This document shows, one piece after another, positions 19,324 to 30,648 of a DNA stretch of 64,000 nucleotides. The notes under the pieces are model-generated. The model was given only the letters and a program-made list of their open reading frames with translations. It was not told the origin of the DNA and searched no databases. A program made the translations under genes and the position numbers. Source of the stretch: an uncultured Alphaproteobacteria bacterium (GTDB taxonomy: Bacteria; Pseudomonadota; Alphaproteobacteria; RF32; CAG-239); NCBI GenBank assembly GCA_944390315.1, contig CALXPO010000025.1, forward strand, positions 73,286 through 137,285. Reading direction: 5' to 3'. The stretch's first letter is position 1. Every line of letters starts with the position of its first letter.

Positions 19324-19896
19324 ATGACCAAAATTGCAATATGGTGCCGACATAAAAATGATAATATTATCGGAATCGGTGCTGCTATACCTTGGCATGT
19401 CAAATCTGATTTTCAACGTTTTCGACGCATTACCGAAGGACAAACTTTGGTAGCAGGACAGAAAACTTATGAAAGTTTTCCTAATCGCACTTTGCCGAAT
19501 CGAAAAATTTTTGTGTTAACGCTTGATGAAAATTACGAAGTATCCGATTCTCAGAATCACAGCGTCGTTAATGATATCAATTTTTTCAAAGATTTTGAGG
19601 ATGATTTGTATATTGTCGGAGGAGCGACCGTCTATAAATTATTTATGACCGGAAGCAATAAACTTATTCCCGATATTGTCGTTGATTGTATTTATCAAAA
19701 GGATATAAATCCTAATCTAAAGGGTGAACCTGTTGATATAACGGATTGTATCGACGTGCTTAATAAAAAATATATTCAGGTGTCCCTTGATTACGAACAA
19801 GATGATATCACTACTCGAATTTTAATCAGAAAAGGTGAGTTCGTGGAACAATCTGTTTTGAAAAAAATCGTAAAAGCCATAGAAGAAGGAATGTAA
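19324..19896 (+). CDS. folA: Dihydrofolate reductase
   Basis: [34 protein letters not shown]...[10 protein letters not shown] is a DHFR signature. Its stop lies 1 nt before the thyA start. Confidence 0.85.
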   Translation: MTKIAIWCRHKNDNIIGIGAAIPWHVKSDFQRFRRITEGQTLVAGQKTYESFPNRTLPNRKIFVLTLDENYEVSDSQNHSVVNDINFFKDFEDDLYIVGGATVYKLFMTGSNKLIPDIVVDCIYQKDINPNLKGEPVDITDCIDVLNKKYIQVSLDYEQDDITTRILIRKGEFVEQSVLKKIVKAIEEGM

Positions 19897-19897
19897 A

Positions 19898-20683
19898 ATG
19901 CAACAGTATCTTGATTTGCTCAAAGATGTTTTAGAAAACGGTGTTGATAAAATGGACCGTACCGGTACCGGTACACGCTCAGTATTCGGTCGGCAAATGC
20001 GTTTTGATTTGCAAAAGGGATTTCCTTTAATGACAACAAAAAAAATGCACTTAAAAAGCATTATCTATGAGTTGTTATGGTTTATCAAAGGCGATACAAA
20101 TGTGAAATATCTTCAAGATCACGGCGTACGTATTTGGAATGAGTGGGCTGACGAAAACGGTGATTTGGGGCCTATTTATGGTTCTCAATGGCGCAACTGG
20201 AATAACGAAGGTATTGATCAATTGGCCGAAGTTATTGATAAACTTAAACACAATCCAAATGACAGAAGAATGATTGTATCGGCTTGGAATGTCAGCAAAA
20301 TCAAAGAAATGCACCTGCCTCCATGCCATATGATGTTCCAGTTCTATGTGGCAAACAACAAACTTTCTTGCATGCTCTATCAACGCAGTTGCGATATGTT
20401 TTTAGGCGTTCCTTTCAATATCGCATCTTACGCACTTTTAACCATGATGATTGCTCAAGTTTGCGATTTGGAACTCGGTGAGTTTGTTCATACCCTTGGC
20501 GATACTCATATTTATCATAATCATTTTGATCAGGTAAAAGAACAACTTTCACGCAAGCCTTTGCCTTTACCGAAAATGAAACTCAATCCCGCTGTTAAAA
20601 ATATTAACGATTTCAGATATGAGGATTTTGAATTAATTGATTATAAATGTTATGACGCTATTAAAGCTAAAGTTTCTGTTTAG
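19898..20683 (+). CDS. thyA: Thymidylate synthase
   Basis: [27 protein letters not shown]...LPPCH. 261 aa. Confidence 0.9.
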   Translation: MQQYLDLLKDVLENGVDKMDRTGTGTRSVFGRQMRFDLQKGFPLMTTKKMHLKSIIYELLWFIKGDTNVKYLQDHGVRIWNEWADENGDLGPIYGSQWRNWNNEGIDQLAEVIDKLKHNPNDRRMIVSAWNVSKIKEMHLPPCHMMFQFYVANNKLSCMLYQRSCDMFLGVPFNIASYALLTMMIAQVCDLELGEFVHTLGDTHIYHNHFDQVKEQLSRKPLPLPKMKLNPAVKNINDFRYEDFELIDYKCYDAIKAKVSV

Positions 20684-20696
20684 AAAGAGGTATTAA

Positions 20697-21101
20697 ATGA
20701 CTGAAATAAAATCTTTTTTCAATGAATATAGAAAATTCGTAAAAAGCGTGACGGCAGAAGTCAGCCAAAATGATGAAGTTTTTTTTGAACGTGCTCACGC
20801 TATCTCTAAATGGATGAATGGGAATTTTTCAAGAATGGATAATGCTGTCGCCGGTTTAACCGGTGAAGCAGGTGAGGTCGGCGATTTATGGAAAAAACTT
20901 AAATTCCACGGAAAAGAATTATCCGAAGAAAATAAGCAAAAAATGATAGACGAATTGAGTGATGTGTGTTGGTACACCATGCAGGCCGCTATTGCTCTCG
21001 GAGTTGATTTAGATGATGTTATTAAACATAACGAAGCAAAACTTCGTGCGCGTCATCCGCATGGCTTTTCCTCAGAATATATGAAATACAAAAAAGATTA
21101 G
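20697..21101 (+). CDS. MazG-like nucleoside-triphosphate pyrophosphohydrolase (all-alpha NTP-PPase)
   Basis: LTGEAGEVGDLWKK...ELSDVCWY is a MazG/dCTPase-type EExxE/D motif. It follows thyA after 13 nt. Confidence 0.6.
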   Translation: MTEIKSFFNEYRKFVKSVTAEVSQNDEVFFERAHAISKWMNGNFSRMDNAVAGLTGEAGEVGDLWKKLKFHGKELSEENKQKMIDELSDVCWYTMQAAIALGVDLDDVIKHNEAKLRARHPHGFSSEYMKYKKD

Positions 21102-21369
21102 CTTCTTTATCGGCAAGCCGTAAACTGTTCGAAATTACCGACAGTTGCCTTACGAAAAACACAGAATTTGCTTGTCGTTATACGCAAAGAAAAAACAAGA
21201 AAGAATATAAACAATAAAGTTTGCTATCAATTCATACACACGGTTTACCGGAATATTCATTGCAAAGGCCCCACGATTTACGCGGGGCCTGCAATGTTTC
21301 TAATCTTAAGAGTTTTGAAATAAAAGCACTCTGTTGTAAAGATTATTTATCCGTTCTGGATAAATAAAA

Positions 21370-22011
21370 TTACATTTGTTGCAATGTGATTGTAACTCTA
21401 CGATTTTGAGCACGTCCTGATTCTGTGGCATTTGAAGCAATAGGATACTGAGAACCGTATCCGTAAACACTAATCCGTGCCGGTGAAATATTTCTTAAAA
21501 TGAGATAATCAGATACTGCCTGAGCTCTTTTTAACGACAATTGATTGTTATAAGTTTCAGAACCGATATTATCCGTATAACCCGATATAATAACTCTTGT
21601 TTGATCGTATTCGGATAAAACTTTGGCAACAGAATCTAATGTATGGTTAAATCCTGTCTTAAATACGGCAGAATCGAAATCAAAAGTAATATTGCTCGGC
21701 ATAATTAATTGAATTTGTCCGTTTTCAAGTTCCATTACTTGAACACCGGTGCCTACTAATTCTTGTCTGAGCTTGCGAGCTTGCAAATCCATATATCCGC
21801 CGGTAGCCGCTCCGCCGACGGCGCCGACACCTGCACCTATCAAAGCTCCTTTCTCGCCACCAACCAATGCTCCTACGCCGGCACCGACGGCTGCGCCGAT
21901 ACCTGTTCCCCATGCTGTTTTGGAAACTTTACTTTCTCCGGTATATGGATCGATAGCGCAAGCCGATAGCATACTTGTCGCAATCAATATATTTAATAGT
22001 GTTTTTTGCAT
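21370..22011 (-). CDS. OmpA-family lipoprotein with a glycine-zipper region (YiaD-like)
   Basis: Lipobox LSAC, a Gly/Ala-rich zipper (GIGAAVGAGVGALVGG), and a C-terminal OmpA-like domain (YTDNIGSETYNNQLSLKRAQAV). Confidence 0.7.
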   Translation of the reverse strand: MQKTLLNILIATSMLSACAIDPYTGESKVSKTAWGTGIGAAVGAGVGALVGGEKGALIGAGVGAVGGAATGGYMDLQARKLRQELVGTGVQVMELENGQIQLIMPSNITFDFDSAVFKTGFNHTLDSVAKVLSEYDQTRVIISGYTDNIGSETYNNQLSLKRAQAVSDYLILRNISPARISVYGYGSQYPIASNATESGRAQNRRVTITLQQM

Positions 22012-22332
22012 TTTTTTCTCCCATAAAATAAAACTTATTTAAGAATAAATATCTTTTTTGAAAAAGGCAAGGCTTTCTATAGCTATTCTTGGTAAGTCAT
22101 ATTCGGCAATATTAAATTTATAAGCCATGAAGCAACTTCCGAACTTCTTATCAGTTCTGATGAGGTACATTAAATGATTGTACGGCACTTTAATTAAGAC
22201 ATTTTATTTCGTCAGATACGGAATTTATATTGGTTATTTATGTTCATCAGCAAAAATTCTATGGCGTTTAACCGCAAAAAACCCTCTCAACTTCAGAGTC
22301 AAGAGGGTTAGTTAGGCTTTTGCTTATATTAA

Positions 22333-23583
22333 TTAAAAATTATAATTTACTGAAAAAGCAAATATGTTTACTCTGTTTGAATAATCAGCCTTTAAGGCTC
22401 CGCGTGAAGCATCTCCCAGGTGATCGCCGCGCAAATCAACTTTGCTTTTATCTGCATGAATATAGGTATATCCAAGGTTAAAGGTTAATTTTTCATTGTA
22501 CTGATATTGCAAACCTGCAGAATACCAGATACGGTTGGCATCAGGAATACGCGGTGTACGGTATTCGTCGCCGACTGCACTTTTATCCAAGGCAAGTCCC
22601 AGTCTAAGTTTCCATTGATCATCAATTTTATAGCTGGCGCCGACGGCATAGAAATCAGCATCTTTCCAATTTTCTTCGGTAAAACTCAAATTAGGTGTTT
22701 TTTCGCCAACAATATTTAAATTCTTAAATTTTGACCAGTAAACACGGCTATATTCCGCCATAATCGCCCAACGATCATTTAGTTCATGGTAGGCGCCGAT
22801 ATTGAAGCTGGCCGGAGTAGTCAGACGAGCTGAAATATCTTGATTGAGCGGGCTCATTAAACCGTCAAACGAGACATCGCCTTGTAATTTATGGCGAATT
22901 TGACTGCGATAGCTGATACCGATACGTGTTTGGGGGGTAAATTCATATAAGGCACCTAATTGATATCCTATATCTAAGGTGTCGCCTTTTAAGCTGGCAT
23001 TATCTTCAAGGGCTATTCCCGGTGCAATGGTTTGTCTGACGCCATTGCGTAAAATAGCTTTAATATATTGAATTTGAGCACCGGCACCAATAGATAGTTT
23101 ATCAGTTGCTTTGTATGCAACCATTGGAGTAACGGTTACCGCTGTTACTTTAGAAACCGTTCCGTGTAAACGTCCGGCCCATTGACTATCATATTTGGTA
23201 ATCATACCATAAGGAACATTCAATGAAATACCAGTTGTAATTTTGTCGTTAATCTGATGAGATAGATAAAAATGGGGAGACATAGCCGCATGCACGATAT
23301 TATCAACATATCCGCTTGTCTCGCCATATTCGTTAATTGCATTTTTGGCAGTAGAGCGGGGTGAAATCCATGTTCCGCCAAGATAGATTTTTGTGCCTTC
23401 ATGTTTGGTTAAAATTGCCGGATTGTAGAAGGAGTAAGAGATGTCTTCAGCTCCTGCCGTTGCTCCGGCAAAAGCGTTTCCTTGAGCTGAAGCTGATTGT
23501 TCTTTTAGGAAAAAGCCGGATGCGTTAGCATTCGACCAAGCAAAAACCGCAATCAAAGCGGTTGTAGTCAGTAGTTTTTTCAT
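22333..23583 (-). CDS. fadL: FadL/OmpP1/TodX-family outer-membrane channel (long-chain fatty acid / hydrophobic compound transporter)
   Basis: Signal peptide, then SGFFLKEQSASAQGNAFAGATAG, the hallmark N-terminus of the FadL family, and a C-terminal aromatic residue (…NYNF). Confidence 0.75.
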   Translation of the reverse strand: MKKLLTTTALIAVFAWSNANASGFFLKEQSASAQGNAFAGATAGAEDISYSFYNPAILTKHEGTKIYLGGTWISPRSTAKNAINEYGETSGYVDNIVHAAMSPHFYLSHQINDKITTGISLNVPYGMITKYDSQWAGRLHGTVSKVTAVTVTPMVAYKATDKLSIGAGAQIQYIKAILRNGVRQTIAPGIALEDNASLKGDTLDIGYQLGALYEFTPQTRIGISYRSQIRHKLQGDVSFDGLMSPLNQDISARLTTPASFNIGAYHELNDRWAIMAEYSRVYWSKFKNLNIVGEKTPNLSFTEENWKDADFYAVGASYKIDDQWKLRLGLALDKSAVGDEYRTPRIPDANRIWYSAGLQYQYNEKLTFNLGYTYIHADKSKVDLRGDHLGDASRGALKADYSNRVNIFAFSVNYNF

Positions 23584-23907
23584 TTTATAAAGTATCTAGT
23601 TATTGTTTAGCCATGCAACATTTTGCCAAAAATACCGGAACTGTTTTTTATATTATTTATTATGTAGAACCGGCAAAAAGCAATTGCTAAAATATGATAA
23701 AATGTTACGGTGGAAATCTAAACAGATTATGCTTAAAAATCAAGATGATAATTTTATCCCCTGAATATTTTTATAAAAAATTAGCATTATCAATATGTTA
23801 TATAAAAAAATACATTTTCTATATATTAATTTTTTTTTTATTCTTTACAAAATTTAAATTGAAAGAGTAAATTAGAGCATATTTATTGAACTACGGAGAC
23901 TATCGTT

Positions 23908-26070
23908 TTGCAAAATTTTGTAAGATTTTGTTTGAGAATCTTGTTTAAGGTTTTTAAAGTAAGATGCACAATTGCTTTTGATGAAAATCATATTCCCAGC
24001 AAGGGCGTCTATGTTTCAAATCACGTTTCTTATCTTGACCCAATACTGCTATTTGCTTTTTTACCGGGAAACCCCGTATTTGCACTAAACGGGCATCTGT
24101 ATCGCAGTAAACTTATCCGTTTCATCATGAGAGAAGCTGATATTATGCCGTTTAATCCCATTGAACCGAGCGATATCAAAGAACTTATTGCTAAAGTCGA
24201 CAGCGGGCGTTTGTGTGTCATCTTTGCCGAAGGTAGAGTTACCGAAAGCGGCGGATTAATGAAAATTTATGAAGCTCCCGGATTGGTAGCCGATAAATCA
24301 GGGGCTCCCCTTATCCCGGTATGGATTGAAGGACCTCAATATGGTTATTTTTCAAAAACAAAAGGTAAATTACCTCACAGACCTTTGCCAAAAGTAAAAG
24401 TTATCATCGGTAAACCGCGTAAATTTAAGCTCAAAGACGAATTGCGCCGACAACGCGACCATATCAGCAACGAAGTCTATATGATTTTGCGCGAAATGAG
24501 TTTTAACGTACGTTACAATCCAGATATTTCCTTATTTGCCCAGCTTATGAAGACGGCAAAAGTCCATGCCAAAAAAGGTTTGTTTCGCAGACCAAAATTT
24601 GTTGAAGATGTTCAAAGAAAACCTCAATCTTACCGTGATATTATCATAAAGTCTTTTGTCCTCGGTAAATATTTTAAGCGCCGTACCGAGCCAGAAGAAC
24701 ATGTGGGCTTGTTCTTACCTAATTCTATTGCTGCTTTATGTAGCTTTTTTGGACTGACGGCATATGGTCGTGTTCCCGTTATGCTCAACTTTTCGGTTGG
24801 TGCCCAAAATATGGTTTCTATGTGCAAAACGGCTCAGGTTAGATATGTTATTACTTCTTTGACATTTATCCGTACGGCAAAAATGGAAGAACATATTAAA
24901 ATGATTGAAAATGCCGGCGTAACCATTATCTATCTCGAAAAGTTAGCAAAAGAAATAGGTTTGTGGGAAAAAATCAATGCTTATTTAAGATACAAAATAA
25001 AACGTGTCCCTTATAAAAAAGGTGGTAACAGAAAAGCCGTTATTTTGTTTACCTCCGGCTCTGAAGGAACTCCGAAAGCGGTTGTTTTAAGTCATGCTAA
25101 CATTATTTCTAATATTAAGCAAATGTCTGCAATAGAAACTATTAACGTGACCGATACCGTGTTTAATGCCTTGCCGATGTTTCATAGTTTTGGTTTGGTG
25201 GTCGGTACTTTGTTCCCGCTGTTTGAAGGAGCTAAATTGTTTTTATATCCATCACCGCTTCATTATCGTGTCGTTGCCGAAATCGTTTATGAAATCGGAG
25301 CCTCAATTATGTTCGGTACCGATACTTTCTTCCGTGGTTATGGTCGAATTGCACATCCTTTCGATTTTCATAATATTCGTTTTATGTTTGGAGGAGCCGA
25401 AGCTATAAAACCAGACACCAGAAATATTTGGATGGAACGTTTAGGAATTCGAGTATTAGAAGCATACGGTGCCACCGAATGTTCTCCTGTCGTCAGCGCA
25501 AATAATCGCATTTTTAATCGATTTGGCTCAATAGGAAAATTGCTTCCCGCAATAGAATATAAAATCGAACCCGTCCCCGGAATCGAAAAAGGCGGTGAGT
25601 TAGTTGTCAGAGGTCCTAATATTATGATGGGATATATCATGCCGGATAATCCGGGTGTCTTAGTTCCCCTCAAAGATGGGTGGTATCATACCGGAGATGT
25701 GGTCGAAATTGATGAAATCGGTTTCGTTTATATTCGCGACCGTATTAAACGCTTTGCAAAAATCGGTGGAGAAATGGTGTCACTCAATGCCGTGCTGGAA
25801 ATGATATGCAAAGCCTATGCCGATCATGGGGAATTTCAATATGGTGTTGTGGCCGTTCCGCATGAAAGTAAGGGCGAACAAATTGTCTTGGTAACCAATA
25901 ATAAAAATGTTACTCAGGAAGGTTTGCATCATTACATTAAAGCTAACTCCATGTCAGAACTTTATTTACCGAGATTGATTATGTATATGGAAAAACTACC
26001 TGTGTTTGCTACGGGTAAAGCAGATAATGTTACTTTGAAAAAATTGGTACTTGAAGAACTGGCAAAATAA
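23908..26070 (+). CDS. aas: Bifunctional 2-acylglycerophosphoethanolamine acyltransferase / acyl-ACP synthetase
   Basis: N-terminal PlsC-type acyltransferase HxxxxD motif (SNHVSYLDP), then AMP-binding motif ILFTSGSEGTPKAVVLSHANI. 720 aa, essentially the same as E. coli Aas (719 aa). Confidence 0.8.
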   Translation: MQNFVRFCLRILFKVFKVRCTIAFDENHIPSKGVYVSNHVSYLDPILLFAFLPGNPVFALNGHLYRSKLIRFIMREADIMPFNPIEPSDIKELIAKVDSGRLCVIFAEGRVTESGGLMKIYEAPGLVADKSGAPLIPVWIEGPQYGYFSKTKGKLPHRPLPKVKVIIGKPRKFKLKDELRRQRDHISNEVYMILREMSFNVRYNPDISLFAQLMKTAKVHAKKGLFRRPKFVEDVQRKPQSYRDIIIKSFVLGKYFKRRTEPEEHVGLFLPNSIAALCSFFGLTAYGRVPVMLNFSVGAQNMVSMCKTAQVRYVITSLTFIRTAKMEEHIKMIENAGVTIIYLEKLAKEIGLWEKINAYLRYKIKRVPYKKGGNRKAVILFTSGSEGTPKAVVLSHANIISNIKQMSAIETINVTDTVFNALPMFHSFGLVVGTLFPLFEGAKLFLYPSPLHYRVVAEIVYEIGASIMFGTDTFFRGYGRIAHPFDFHNIRFMFGGAEAIKPDTRNIWMERLGIRVLEAYGATECSPVVSANNRIFNRFGSIGKLLPAIEYKIEPVPGIEKGGELVVRGPNIMMGYIMPDNPGVLVPLKDGWYHTGDVVEIDEIGFVYIRDRIKRFAKIGGEMVSLNAVLEMICKAYADHGEFQYGVVAVPHESKGEQIVLVTNNKNVTQEGLHHYIKANSMSELYLPRLIMYMEKLPVFATGKADNVTLKKLVLEELAK

Positions 26071-26179
26071 TATTTGACCATTAATATAAATTATGGTTCA
26101 ACGAGCTATTAAACCCCCGATAATCGGAGGTTTAATGCTGTAACAAGAAAACTATCGGCTAGGTTAGTGGGTTTCTTTT

Positions 26180-26316
26180 TAGTTGCCATACAGAAAACTA
26201 CAGGTTTACTCGGAGTTGAATACCAAAAAACCGTTTCACACCAAAGAGTATGTTCAAAGCATAAGGTTTGTAGCTGATTTAAAATTGCCTGTTTATCAGA
26301 AAATATCTGTTTTACC
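26180..26316. repeat. Intergenic repeat element copy (divergent)
   Basis: tagttgccatacagaaaactacaggtttactcggagttgaataccaa...aaaccg...gtttgtagctgatttaaaattgcc shares the family core. Confidence 0.55.
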
Positions 26317-26449
26317 GGTTTATCGGCGGTTATCTATTTTATAAATTTTCATTTTACACTTTAACGACATTTTCAGATTAAAAAGGAAACGACTAAGGGT
26401 CAAGTCTTGTTATAAAAGAAAAACCCTAGAAAAACCTAGGGTTTGTAAC

Positions 26450-26526
26450 TGGCGCGCTCCGGGCGATTCGAACGCCCGACCCACAGCTTAGAAGGCTGTT
26501 GCTCTATCCTGCTGAGCTAGGAGCGC
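26450..26526 (-). tRNA. tRNA-Arg (anticodon TCT)
   Basis: The reverse complement GCGCTCC-TA-GCTC-AGCAGGAT-AGAGC-A-ACAGC-CTTCTAA-GCTGT-GGGTC-GGGCG-TTCGAAT-CGCCC-GGAGCGC-G-CCA folds as a cloverleaf. The hairpin aaaccctag-aaaaa-cctagggttt lies directly 3' at 26421-26446. Confidence 0.85.
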
Positions 26527-26656
26527 ATGTCTATTCAAAATTCAGTATGTAAATGGCACATTTTTAAGTTAATGTCAATAATATTTTAAATTTTTCAGGT
26601 TGAAAACTCAAAAAATTTAGATATAAAAAAATACAAATTAAGATAATTTATGGGAG

Positions 26657-26932
26657 TTGACTTATATGAATATTTTAGCAGAAATTATAGGATATATTGC
26701 AGGTATTTGCATTGCGACCTGTTTTTTGCCGCAAACTTTGCAAACAATCAAAACAAAAAATGTTAAAGATCTTTCTTTGATAAGTTATATTATATATTGC
26801 ACAGGAATGATATGTTGGATTATTTACGGAATTTATTTGAATTCTCTGCAAATGATAATTTTTAATTTGATTTCATTATATTTTGCCGCAACAATCCTCT
26901 TTATGATTATCAAATACCGGAAAAATCATTAA
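26657..26932 (+). CDS. SemiSWEET / PQ-loop family small sugar transporter
   Basis: 91 aa with three predicted TM helices and the PQ motif (CFLPQTLQTIKTKNV). Confidence 0.55.
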   Translation: MTYMNILAEIIGYIAGICIATCFLPQTLQTIKTKNVKDLSLISYIIYCTGMICWIIYGIYLNSLQMIIFNLISLYFAATILFMIIKYRKNH

Positions 26933-27258
26933 CGACAATTTTGTTGCAGAAATTGGTTATATTTATTGATTTGGCTATTGTATTGTTGAATAAAATTATT
27001 CATCTCAACCTGCGCATACCAGGCATCACTGTCAGAATAGGCATTTTTAATTCTTAATTGATATTCATTGATTTTATGATTGATATCGACATTAGGTTTT
27101 AGTTTGTTAGCTTGTTCTTGAATTTGCGGCAGACAATAAAATTCACCTTCTTTAAGTATTGGAAGCGGTTCTTCGGGTATGGCCTTTAAATTATATACAA
27201 ATACGCCGACGCTTAAAACAAGCGCTGTCAGCCATATGATTTTTTCGGATTTGGTCAT
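26929..27258 (-). CDS. Hypothetical membrane-anchored protein
   Basis: 109 aa with an N-terminal TM helix. Its 3' end overlaps the SemiSWEET stop. Confidence 0.35.
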   Translation of the reverse strand: MTKSEKIIWLTALVLSVGVFVYNLKAIPEEPLPILKEGEFYCLPQIQEQANKLKPNVDINHKINEYQLRIKNAYSDSDAWYAQVEMNNFIQQYNSQINKYNQFLQQNCR

Positions 27259-27260
27259 AT

Positions 27261-28424
27261 TTATCCTCTATTTGTATTAAGTACTTTACCGATAACGGCA
27301 AGCAGATAAGCTGCACCGATACCCATAATGATAACCGCGCCGTTTTGAGATCCGAGTAAGTCAGAAGCAACTCCCATAATCAGAGGAAATACGGCTCCAC
27401 CGAAGATACCCATAATCATCAATCCCGAAATTTCATTTTTCTTTTCGGGACGATGTAAAATTGCCTGAGAAAACATAATCGGGAAAAGGTTGGCATTGTT
27501 AAAGCCGATGATGGCAATACAAGTGTAAAGTGTTACCGAGGTATTGAAAACAATAAGACCAATCAATCCGGCCGCAAGCAGGCTGACACTGATGGCAAAG
27601 AAATTTCTGGTCGGAAATTTTGCCAGAATAAAAGTACCGCTTAAGCATCCCAACGTACGGAATAAGAAATATACACTGGTTGCATATCCGGCTTCGGTCA
27701 AAGAAATGTTGAGTTTGTCCATAATGATGCGCGGTGCCGATACATTGGTTCCGACATCAATGCCGACGTGGCAAACAATCGCAATAAAACACAGTAAAAC
27801 AGTTGTGTCGCCGAGTAGGGCAAAACATTCTTTAAAAGTAGATACTTTACCCGTAATTTCTTCTTCTTTGATATCTTCAAACCATAAAGCCGCAGCAGCA
27901 ACAACGGCTTCAATTAAGAATATGGCAAATAGCAATCGCCAGTTTTGGAAGTGTAGAGCGCCCCAAGCAGCAATAATCGGAGCAACGAATGAAGCTATGG
28001 CTTTTACAAACTGTCCGAATGTCAGAGCCGAAGAAAGTCTTTTGTCGCTGACGATATTGGATAAAAGCGGATTTAAGGAAACCTGCATAATTGCATTACT
28101 GATACCCAGTAATGAAAAAGAAATAAGTATAAGCGGGAGATTATAGTCGGCCAAAGGAATGGCAAGAGCTACAACGGTTAAAACCAAACTGAGAATAACC
28201 GTTTTTCGGCGACCGATTTTATTCATCAACATTCCGGTCGGAACAGAACAGACCAAAAACCAGAAAAAGACCATTGAGGTAAATAAATTGGCAACGGAGT
28301 TGGAAAGTTCAAAATCGTCTTTAACATAGTTGGTGGCAATTCCGACCAAGTCAACAAATCCCATTGCAAAAAAGGCAAGCATAATCGGGATAAGTTTCAA
28401 TAAAACATGAGATTTCTTTTCCAT
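27261..28424 (-). CDS. MFS sugar transporter (FucP/GluP-like)
   Basis: 387 aa with 12 predicted TM segments and an N-terminus typical of glucose/galactose MFS permeases. Its stop lies 3 nt after the start of the preceding ORF. Confidence 0.75.
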   Translation of the reverse strand: MEKKSHVLLKLIPIMLAFFAMGFVDLVGIATNYVKDDFELSNSVANLFTSMVFFWFLVCSVPTGMLMNKIGRRKTVILSLVLTVVALAIPLADYNLPLILISFSLLGISNAIMQVSLNPLLSNIVSDKRLSSALTFGQFVKAIASFVAPIIAAWGALHFQNWRLLFAIFLIEAVVAAAALWFEDIKEEEITGKVSTFKECFALLGDTTVLLCFIAIVCHVGIDVGTNVSAPRIIMDKLNISLTEAGYATSVYFLFRTLGCLSGTFILAKFPTRNFFAISVSLLAAGLIGLIVFNTSVTLYTCIAIIGFNNANLFPIMFSQAILHRPEKKNEISGLMIMGIFGGAVFPLIMGVASDLLGSQNGAVIIMGIGAAYLLAVIGKVLNTNRG

Positions 28425-28428
28425 TGGA

Positions 28429-29307
28429 TTATCCTTTCATTTCAGGGGTATATTGAGGCCAAGCGCCTTCTTTGGTGCAAACATAAGCCGAAATTTTGAC
28501 TGCGTCTTTATGAGCTTCAACCATTGTTTTTCCGGTGAGTATGTCATAGACAAATGCTCCCGAGAAAGCATCTCCGGCACCAACAGTATCGGCAACTTTG
28601 ACTTTTGGCGTATCAAGATAAGAGTATTCGGTCGGTGAATAAATGATACTGTATTTTTCACCTGCCGTAAAAATAAGATATTTCAGTTGATATTGTTTTA
28701 TTAATTGTTCGCAAATTTGTTTATCTGTACCGCTCAAGTCAAATATATCTCTAATGATTTTCATTTCATCATCATTAATTTTAAAGACATTGGCCAGATG
28801 TAAAAATTGCCGGATAAGTTCCGGCGAATAGTAATGACTGCGTAAATTGATATCAAAAAATTTGATGGCATCGGCAGGTGCTTCTTGCAGTAGATTGATG
28901 ATAGTTTGGCGGCTATTTTCATTTCTTGAAGCAAGAGTACCGAAACAAACGGCATCGGCTTGTTGAACCAATTTTTTGGCATCTTCATGAAGAGGAATGA
29001 AATCCCAAGCGACACCTTCGACAATATCATAAGTCGGAATTCCATTTTGGAGATGAACCAGCACTTTTCCGGTGGGGTGATTAACGCGCGTAATCAGGTG
29101 GTTGATATTATTTTTTTCAAGTTCATAAAGAATCTCATCTCCGTCGGCATCATTACCAACGGCACTAACGGCATATCCGATAGCTCCCATTTGACAGGCA
29201 TGGTAAACAAAATTAATCGGTGCGCCGCCGGCTTTTTTACCCGTAGGTAACATATCCCATAAGATTTCTCCGATTCCAACGACGATTGGTTTTTTAGTTT
29301 TGCTCAT
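28429..29307 (-). CDS. PfkB-family carbohydrate kinase (fructokinase-like)
   Basis: IVVGIGEILWDMLPTGKKAGGAPINF and the C-terminal DTVGAGDAFSGAF PfkB signature. Start MSKTKK at 29307 (track ORF extends to 29379). Confidence 0.8.
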   Translation of the reverse strand: MSKTKKPIVVGIGEILWDMLPTGKKAGGAPINFVYHACQMGAIGYAVSAVGNDADGDEILYELEKNNINHLITRVNHPTGKVLVHLQNGIPTYDIVEGVAWDFIPLHEDAKKLVQQADAVCFGTLASRNENSRQTIINLLQEAPADAIKFFDINLRSHYYSPELIRQFLHLANVFKINDDEMKIIRDIFDLSGTDKQICEQLIKQYQLKYLIFTAGEKYSIIYSPTEYSYLDTPKVKVADTVGAGDAFSGAFVYDILTGKTMVEAHKDAVKISAYVCTKEGAWPQYTPEMKG

Positions 29308-29456
29308 GATACTATCCTCTACATAAAAATACATTAATATCTCTTTATAGATAATAACATACAATCTAAAAGTAATCAATTAAATAGCAACGACAAGGTA
29401 AAAGGCGAGAAAAAGTAAATGAAAATAGTCCATAACATTTTTTTTGCCTTGAATAG

Positions 29457-30452
<996 letters not shown>

Positions 30453-30648
30453 ATTTGGTATGGCGAGTCGCATACTTGCCGAATAAACAAACGGCTTACG
30501 ACTATTCTATAAGTAGGTAAAATTTCAAATTTTGCCTACTTTTGTGTCTAAAAAGCAAAAAAATATCAGAATCCCCAAAAAATAACTTGTCAAAAAAAAG
30601 TTTTTTGTCTATCTTAAAAAGTACGTTAACTTATTAAAAAATTATTTT

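Noticed and set aside
19180-19443. Track ORFs 19180-19443 and 19209-19403 on the minus strand
   Set aside because: They overlap the folA start and the tmRNA acceptor piece. There are no coding signals, and the region is explained by ssrA and the folA 5' end.
21725-21913. 62-aa Arg/Cys-rich ORF (RRSRRCRRRS...) on the minus strand
   Set aside because: It is a shadow frame within the OmpA-family gene that arises from its Gly/Ala-rich region.
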